Shown: one piece after another, positions 56,197 through 64,000 of the stretch | Numbering within the stretch: position 1 is the stretch's first letter | Layout of the letters: each line of letters starts with the position of its first letter | NCBI RefSeq assembly: GCF_000143415.4 | Contig: NW_003314298.1 | Location: 1,410,602-1,474,601, forward strand | Direction: 5' to 3' | Length of the DNA stretch: 64,000 nt | DNA from: Selaginella moellendorffii | Lineage: Eukaryota > Plantae > Lycopodiophyta | Made by a program: the position numbers and the translations under genes | Notes under the pieces: generated by a model | Database searches by the model: none | The model's input: only the letters and a program-made list of their open reading frames with translations | Told to the model about the DNA's origin: nothing

Positions 56197-56703
56197 CTAG
56201 AAGTTGAAGAAGCCGTTGACTTCCTCCTCGCTGTTGACGTAGTCAATGGGAGCCTTTTGACTAGGGCATGACGACTGCTCTTGACTGAATTCCTCGAGGA
56301 AATTCTCCAAGTCCGGCAGGGAGTCGTCTATCACCGATATGTCAAACCCGGAAAAGTCAAAGCCCTCGTCATCATCTGCGGTGCCGTCATCGTCATGCTC
56401 GCCACCCTCTTGCTCTTCCTCGCCACCCTCTTGCTCTTCCTCGCCACCCGCTTGCCCTTCCTCGCCACCTTCTTGCTCGTAGTCATAGCCATAGTCGCAG
56501 CTACCATAGCCATAGTCGCAGGTACCGTCAAACACGTAGACGTAGACGGCGCCCAAGAACGTAGCCCGTATTCTCACCCGCGTGCGCGTGAGGACATTGA
56601 GCTCGTATGACTTCTTCAGCAAATTGTCCATTTTCTTCTTGAAGGCGTGCCGCCGCTTGGAGAGATTGACGATAAACGCCAGCTTGAGCCTCTGTCTCCC
56701 CAT
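56197..56703 (-). CDS. Type I MADS-box transcription factor
   Basis: Intronless. MGRQRLKLAFIVNLSKRRHAFKKKMDNLLKKSYELNVL, no K box, acidic tail. Confidence 0.8.
   Translation of the reverse strand: MGRQRLKLAFIVNLSKRRHAFKKKMDNLLKKSYELNVLTRTRVRIRATFLGAVYVYVFDGTCDYGYGSCDYGYDYEQEGGEEGQAGGEEEQEGGEEEQEGGEHDDDGTADDDEGFDFSGFDISVIDDSLPDLENFLEEFSQEQSSCPSQKAPIDYVNSEEEVNGFFNF
56398..56478. repeat. 21-bp coding minisatellite (about 4 units, EQEGGEE)
   Basis: Repeated CGCCACCCTCTTGCTCTTCCT. Confidence 0.85.
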
Positions 56704-56911
56704 TTAATCTCTCCCAAAGTATGGGACCAAAGTTTTATATGCAATCTTTTTGGATAGGATTTCCTTTAACCTTAAGAGCCACGTGGATGCTTATCTAATT
56801 TTAGACGTTTTAGGGTTTTTCTAATTCAACTTAAATAACAATTAACTATGGTTATGTATTTTACAGTGCTCTGTTTTTAGGGCTCCTTCAAGTTTAGGGT
56901 TTTATGCTCCC

Positions 56912-58662
56912 ATGGGCGGGGAGCATGGCGCTGGGTCTTGGTACCTCTGCTACTTCTTGCACAGGCTGCTCGACTACCGCATTCCAGAGGTTGAATCGCT
57001 AGCCAAGCTCTTTGGGTGCTCCGGGAAGCTGCAATGGAGGCAAGCGCCCAACCATCATCCCGACTCGCCATTCTACTTCGTGCGCCTCCCGTCGGAGGAT
57101 ATGGCGCGCAGCATCGCCAAGCGAAGTGCGTATCTTCTCTTGCTTTGGGCTTGCATTGCATTTCCCGATGGATTGAAAGCGGTTGTTTTGCGCTAGGCGT
57201 GCTCGTGAAGGCCATTTTCGAGATTTGGGGCGAGGGGAGCACGTACGAGGAGCTCCGTGCGGCCGTGGAGGCGTTCCCGGAGGAGAAGAAGCGCCCCTAC
57301 TTGGGAACCGAGGTGACTTTCAAGATCATTGTCGACACTTTCGGGAAGGTCATCAGCTCCGAGGAACAGATCAAGCTCATCAACAGCTTCGATTTCATTC
57401 CTTTCCAGGTACATTCTTTCCTCCAGTTTCAACTTGTATCCATCGAACTTCTTCCAGGGTCGCGTCCAGCTGAGAGATCCTAAAGAGAAGTTCTGGTTCA
57501 TGGAAACGGATGGCCGAGTTATCAACAATGGGATGCCAGCGCCGCTGGAGCCATCGGTGGATGGCACAAGGCTCTTCTTTGGACGTGAGATTGGGGGAGC
57601 TGACAGGAGCCTCGTTACCAAGTACGCATTGAGCACTCGAAAGTATCTTGGTCCTACAGCTATGGATGCTGAGATTGCGTGTCTCATGTCTAACCAGGCT
57701 CTAGTAGACACGGGCAAGTTTGTGTATGATCCCTTCGTCGGGACGGGCAGCATCCTCGTCGCGGCTGCTCACTATGGTGCCTTGACAATGGTAAAAAAGC
57801 CTCTTTTTTCTCCTTTTCTTCTTCTTTTTCGCTTGTCATACTTTGATCTCTCGCAGGGTGCCGATATTGATCTACGAGTTATTCGCGATGGTCGTGGCCC
57901 GGATTGCAACGTTTGGAGTAACTTTAAACAGGTAAACACTGCGAGAGCTCAAGGACTTGCGTTCTTCTCATTCTTGTTTTGATTCTCTTCGCTTTCTTCA
58001 GTATGATTTGCCTCCGCCAGTGGGCTTGGTTCGAGCAGACAACAACGCAAGGCCATGGCGACCAAACTTGAGGGAGGTTTGTACACACTTCCTTCCTATC
58101 ACTCAAACCCTCTTGTGATCTTTCGCTATTCCAGGTTTTCGATGCTATCATCTGCGACCCCCCGTATGGAATCCGAGCCGGGGGAAGAAAATCCGGAGGG
58201 AGGAAGCTCCTCAAAGGCATCATAGATCCATACATCATCCCGGACGACAAGCGCAAGGAACACATCCCTTCCACCGCAGCCTACATCTTGGAGGAGTGCG
58301 TCCACGACTTACTCGACATGGCGGCGCAGCTCCTCGTCACCGGCGGCCGCTTGGTGTTCTTCTATCCCCTCTCGCGCGAGGAGGGCGCGGACAACAAGCT
58401 CCCGGATCATCCATGCTTCCAGCTCGTTTCTTCCAGCGAGCAAATCCTCAGCACGAAGTATAGCCGCTGCCTTCTCACTATGGAGAAGACGAGCGAGTAC
58501 ACGGACGATCTGGCTGCCCGGGCGCTGGAAACACACCTCGAGTTCAAGAAGAACCACGCAAAGCTGCTCGACGCCAAAGACAAGCTGCGCTCTTTGGTAT
58601 TCACACCCGGCGGCGAAGTTTTGCAGAGAGTTATTCCCAAATACAGGGGAAAGTACGTATGA
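56912..58662 (+). CDS. TRM11: tRNA (guanine-10-N2)-methyltransferase
   Basis: WYLCYFLHRLLDYR, RKYLGPTAMDAE, VYDPFVGTGS, FDAIICDPPYGIRAG, ends KYRGKYV*. Confidence 0.93.
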
Positions 58663-58939
58663 TAGAAAGGTGGCAAGAGTTTAATGTATGATAGAATGGC
58701 AATAGCAGAGTATATGCAAGCGAATCTACGCGGACGTTGTTTGCATTCGTAGCGATGTAACCGAGGAGAAGGTGCTTAAAAAGAGAGCGATCCAAGCGAG
58801 CGTGGATGCAATGGATACCTCTTGGTTTGACGGTAAGCTCCTCATGGGCAGCTCCCAGCTCCAGAAGATGGACACTCCACACTCTCGATCGTCTCCCTAT
58901 AGATCCAATAACTTGTAAATCTTTGTATCCAAACTGGAG

Positions 58940-60384
58940 ATGAAGTGCTCGTACCTCTCATCGTCGTCGACTCCGTGCTGGATGGACAAAGGTAGCAACG
59001 CCTGGATGATGGTGGCAGCCATTCTCGCGGGACTGGCAACCATGCCCGGGCTCCTACTTCTCTACAGCGGCATCGCGAGGAAGAAGTGGGCCGTCAACAC
59101 CGCCTTCCTGACCCTCTACGCCTTCACTGCCTCTCTCATCTGCTGGGTGACGATCTGCCACAACTTAGCCTTTGGATCACACCTCCTTCCCTTCTGGGGG
59201 ACCCCTGGACCTGTTCTCTACACCAAGTTCCTTCTCAGCCGTAGCCAACACCCGGCTACTCACCAGGACCTCGACTTCCCTTCGGCAACCATGGTGGCCT
59301 TCCAGTTTGGCTTCGCGGCTAACTCCGTGGCCATTGTATCCTCTGCGGTCTCGGCTAGAATCACCTTTCAGGCCTGGGCGGTCTTTGTCCCACTGTGGCT
59401 CATTTTCTCCTACACTGTTGGAGCGTCCAGCATCTGGAGCGGTGGTTTTTTCTCGCGGTGGGGAGTCTTGGACTTTGCAGGAGGCTACGTTGTCCATCTC
59501 TCGGCAGGCGTAAGCGGCGCTGTTCTTGCTCACTGGGTATGTCAAACAGTACGTGGTTTAGTCGAAGACTCGAGAGAACTTGTACCTGCAGGTTGGTCCT
59601 CGGCATCCAGTCGATCGAGCACGGTATCCGCCAAATAATGTGATGCTCGTTCTCGCTGGAGCTGGCCTGGTCTGGCTGGGATGGATCGGATTCGCTGGTG
59701 GAAGTGCCTTCCTTTCTCCACAACAGGCTTCGTTGGCTGTTGTAAATACCAATATCGCCGCTGCTACAAGCCTCTTAGTGTGGACTTCTCTCGACGTCTT
59801 CTACCACGGCCAGCCTTCGGTTCTTGGCGCTGTTCAAGGACTCATGACTGGTCTCGTTGCAATCTCTCCAGCGGCTGGTAAGCCAGAGTTTTTCCACCTT
59901 TCAGTTTGCAACTGTTCTTTTTCTTTCTCTCGAAGGACTTGTCGAAGGATGGGCGTCGATGTGCATAGGATTGTGCTCTGGAAGTCTGCCTTGGCTGACT
60001 CGGCTGTGCCACCAGAAAACTACCGCCAAGTTTTGCGAAGAAGTGGATGATACTGCCGGTGCTGTTCATACTCACGGAATAGCAGCTCTGATAGGAGTCC
60101 TCCTTACTGGATTTTTTGCTCATCCCCGTCTAACAGCTATGGTTTCCCCGGTATCCGGCTCGGAAGGCGTCATCTTTGGAAATTTCCAGCTAGTACTCAA
60201 GCAGCTTGCTGCAGCTTTGCTAGTAATTCTGTGGAACGTTGCTGTGACCACCCTCATCTGCGTCGTTGTGAAAAGACTGATGAAGCTAAGAATGTCCGAT
60301 GACCAACTGCGCATTGGCGACGATGCTGTTCACGGAGAAGAGGCTTACGCTGTTTGGGAGGACGGTGAGAAAACAACACTTTGA
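58940..60384 (+). CDS. AMT2: Ammonium transporter, AMT2 family
   Basis: [51 protein letters not shown]; two introns. Confidence 0.92.
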
Positions 60385-60453
60385 ACATAAGACTGTAAAT
60401 AAATAATATTTACACAAGAATCAGAAAGTTCTTACCTGGACTGGACACACACT

Positions 60454-61881
60454 CTAGCCGGCTCCTTTCTCATTCACAGCTGCAGCTTGCTTCGATATGA
60501 GCACAGTGGGGGCTCTCACTGCCATTTGCATGTCCTCAAACGAAAGGGCCAGCACGGGTTTGCTCGATAATATCTCAAGGATGTCAGCATCCAAATGGTC
60601 ACTGCCAGGGATGTGCTCTGGAGCACTTATTGATGCTGGCTTTGAAGCAGCCACCCTGGAGGAATGATATTCTGTCTTCATCAAACAAACAAAAGCAAAG
60701 CACAAAACGAACCTGCAACTCAAATCGCAAGAGTACTTTAGAATATTTGGCTGCTGCCTGGTGTTGCCACTGAGAAACACAGTGAGAACTCACTGCAAAA
60801 CTTACGTACAACACACCTGAAGCTGGGAAGACAAAAGTTCAATGGCGGACCTTTCCTGGTCGCTTCATTCATTACTGAACAGAAAAGAAGAAAAGCATGT
60901 AAGGCCAAACAAAATAAATTGCAATGCTTCTTACAGCTGTGAGCCATAGATATACGACACCACGGATTAAAGCTTCCACGTGAAACATCAAGCCCGTGTG
61001 TTTCTTCCTCCTTGATGTCGGAATTAAAAAAGTTGAAACGATTCTGATGAGTTCCACCTTTGTTCCTCACAGAAATCACAGGCTGGGAAGAAGAAAATGA
61101 AAAACAAAAACCGGCACGAGAAAACGAAGAACGCTTACATGTGAAAAGCTTGCAAGCTGGCTGGGGAGTCCCACTTCCTACAAAGAATTCTGTAAGGAAT
61201 CATGCCAACAAGCGCCTCAAATTCACTCACCATTCTTCCGTGCCTGCAGGCTCCCTTGTCGTTCACTAAAACTCTCGCTGCCCAGCTAAAAGCCATGACA
61301 CAGTTTAAAACCCAAAGAGAAAGCATATGGTACTTACGCACAAGAAGTTGGCGGGTTCCAGACAATTCCAGCAATCACAACGAGCTGCAAGCGTTCCAAA
61401 CGATCAGCGTCTTTCCAACACCCAAAGTTGTCTTCGCAGGAGAACTATATTTCTAATACCTGCTCAATCTCTGGATCGTCGACATTCCACTACCAGATTA
61501 TATAGAAACGAAAACGATGGTTCACACAATGAGCACAGGAGTCAAGAATATCACCTCATCGAAAGGCCCGACTGGACTATCGTTGTAGTGCGCAAGGAAG
61601 AATCCACCCAGCGTGTATCTTCACAAAGACCAGATAAACACATTTGGCGAAAAAAAGAAAGAATTCGCACCCAAAAGCTTCCACAAGCTTCAATTCTCCG
61701 GGAATGTGCCTCCGCGCGGTCTCGGCCTTGACCAAATGCATCTGATACAGCGCCCTACGCACACAAACACACACAAATCCGTGAAAGAAAGAAACACACC
61801 AGAATTCCTTCACCTTCCTGCGAAGCGCCATGGAGACCCGGCAGCGTAGCCGAGAATCTTCTTCTTCTCCTCAGCCGCCAT
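60454..61881 (-). CDS. NXD1: NEOXANTHIN-DEFICIENT 1-like protein
   Basis: GYAAGSPWRFAG|RALYQMHLVKAETAR...LVEAFG|YTLGGFFLAHYNDSPVGPFDE|LVVIAGIVWNPPTSC|AWAARVLVN. Confidence 0.88.
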
Positions 61882-62079
61882 TGCGAGGGAGGAGCGCCAG
61901 GATCGCTGACGGCAAAATATAAACCCCACACACTATCCAAAATCCAAAACAAACAGTATATTCTCTTAGCCGGTATATCCTGTCTCAGTTTGAAAAGAAG
62001 CACATTCTGCTAGGATTTAGCGTATTCCGTTAATATAAGGGATATTCGCCTTCTTCTTCTTCTTCTCGTCGTTTACTTC

Positions 62080-63445
62080 TCAAGCGAGGAGCCTCTTGAG
62101 GTTGTAGGGCTCCGCGGCGCGGAGATCACCAAACCAGAAGTAGCGAAATAGGAAGAGATTAGCTGCCTCGGTGAGATGCACCGAGTCCCAGAAGAGATGC
62201 GTCGATGGAACCGGGCAAACGAACGATGAATTGTTGCAACCGCCAGCATGGAACAGTCCATCGCCGCAGCAAGCCTCCCTCGAGTTCGTGAATCCTTGAA
62301 AATCATTCGCGTGAATCCATCAGTGCTCGCGACCATGAAGCGAAGATCAAAATCGAAACTTACCATTCTCTAGAGGGGAACGTACCGCATCCATGAGGAG
62401 GCCGTAAGGTTTGAGGAAAACCATGGCCAGCTCCGGGAGCTGGAAGAGCATCTTGTTCACAAGGTTGCGCAAGCTTTTGTTGAAGAACGCCGCCATCTCG
62501 TTGAGCGTTTGCAAGCAGCCAATCTTCTGGCGACGGGTGATCAATCCCACCTTGGCAACGTAGTAGCGAGCCGCCGGTGCACAGCCGATCGGTCCCACTC
62601 CAACCAGCACGATCTTCCTCGCTCCCTGGTTGTACAAAGTCTAGCAAGCGCAAAACCAAGAGCGAGGACAGATCAAAGCAATGCGAAAGCTTCTCTCGAA
62701 GAACTTTTGGAGAAGAGAGTTTTTAGAGTGGGCTTACTTTGACAGCGGCCTCGTACTCTTCCATCATCATGCCCACGTAGTAGCGCCACGAGGATCCGAT
62801 CCGGCGAAAGCTCGAGTTCGTGGGGAAGTAGAGGGCCTCCAGGTCGTTGCTCCCAATCGCCACTATAAACACCGAATCGCGCAGGATTGTCTTGGCTCGA
62901 TCGTCTCCATATCGCTCCCGGAGAAGACCCACGCGCTCCGTGAACTGATCGATCTGCGTCTTAAAGCTCACGGCTCCCTGGAGAAGCACATATAAGCTCG
63001 ATCCAAAGAGAGAGTTCTATACTACGACATCCAGCGATGGAAAACGAGGTTTTGGAAGAACGTATACCGCGTACTCGCCGATCAAACGGCTCCCCGCGGA
63101 CGCAAAGTTTGCTCCAATCTCAAGAACAGCGTCGGGATCCATGTAAGACCGGGTGAAAGGGAGGTTGATCCACTGCGCGAGGAAATCCGCGAGCGTCCTT
63201 CCATCCGAGAATCGCCCCGTGGAGACCTTGAAGTAAGTCTCTCCATACGGCGGGGAGAGCGCCGCGACCGAGGAATTGGGGGGGAGAAACTTTGCGCTAC
63301 CAGCGTCGAGGATGGAGTCTCCAAACACGAACATGGCGGACGCCGGCTTCGTGGGCAACATGGGGGCGCCGGAGGCGATGCGAGCGTGGGACGCGAAGAC
63401 GAGGAGCTCGAGCAAGATGGGCAGCACTGGCACGAAGCTATGCAT
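62080..63445 (-). CDS. GDSL esterase/lipase
   Basis: Signal peptide, FVFGDSILDAG, TGRFSDG, GANFASAG, IGSND, FWDSVH. Confidence 0.93.
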
Positions 63446-64000
63446 CGTGGCTGGGATTTGGAGTCGAGGAGCCGGCGAATGCTCGCTATAAATTTGAGAG
63501 TTCTCGCGCATCGTCCCCATGCAGTCGTGATGACGAGTTTTTTTGCGAGGCTTTTTTGGTCCAGAGTCACGCTTCCGGTTTTTTATGTAAGATCGAAACA
63601 CTCGCTTCATGCCAATCTTCTAGAAACATTCCATTGTATTGCATCTTCAAAAGGTGGCAATGGAAAGCTGAGTAAATAGGTGTATTGTTGAGAAGTTCTA
63701 GCAAAGCCAACTCCATGTTTCTTCCTATTGCCAGTGCCTTTATAAACCCATTATACATATTATTATAAGACAGAATTGCTTACCATTTTTTTTAAATAAC
63801 ATAAAAATAATAAGTCATGACAAATAACCAATAAAAAAGAAATCATGGTGTATATATCTCAAGAAATGGTGAAGACAGAGCCCTATCTATCCCAAAAACT
63901 TTTATTTCTTGCTGGATTTTTTAAAAAAAACTAGTAAAATGTTAACATCTTAGCCATTGATTAGGATTATGAAAGAAGAATATTTACAAAATATTCTAAA

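Noticed and set aside
56398-56520. CRISPR-like repeat array
   Set aside because: Contiguous in-frame coding repeats with no spacers, in a eukaryotic gene.

Overview
Gene-dense plant nuclear DNA with very short introns (about 50-70 nt), tiny intergenic spacers and PLS-class PPR genes. This most resembles the lycophyte Selaginella (inference from style; no search run). 1-15 kb is a rearranged block made by two nested tandem duplications of a permease-bHLH-RPT6 segment: a 5'-truncated RPT6 fused head-to-head to a 5'-truncated Trp/Tyr permease, one intact MYC-type bHLH, and a bHLH::RPT6 chimera interrupted by a young full-length Ty1/copia element (140-bp LTRs, 1 mismatch, GTGGG TSD, one nonsense mutation). 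13-34 kb holds intact RPT6, XPB, GABA transaminase, a bulb-lectin protein, VPS35L, a frameshifted PPR, a subtilase, tRNA-Pro(CGG), stearoyl-ACP desaturase (SAD) and two FCP/SCP-like phosphatase copies. 34-43 kb is an AT-rich transposon-remnant region (old Ty3/gypsy, possible Ulp1-bearing DNA element) flanked by two copies of a 0.9-kb spliced module, one fused to a captured SAD exon. 43-64 kb holds DCAF8-like, TAF11, PPR, RUB/NEDD8, class I TPS, TRAPPC10, type I MADS, TRM11, AMT2, NXD1 and a GDSL lipase. The best leads are a strand-polarised TAGGGTTT motif just before housekeeping start codons, PPR genes starting immediately after an upstream gene's stop, a RUB gene with a vestigial ubiquitin tail, and a possible cysteine-less DUF26-lectin fusion.
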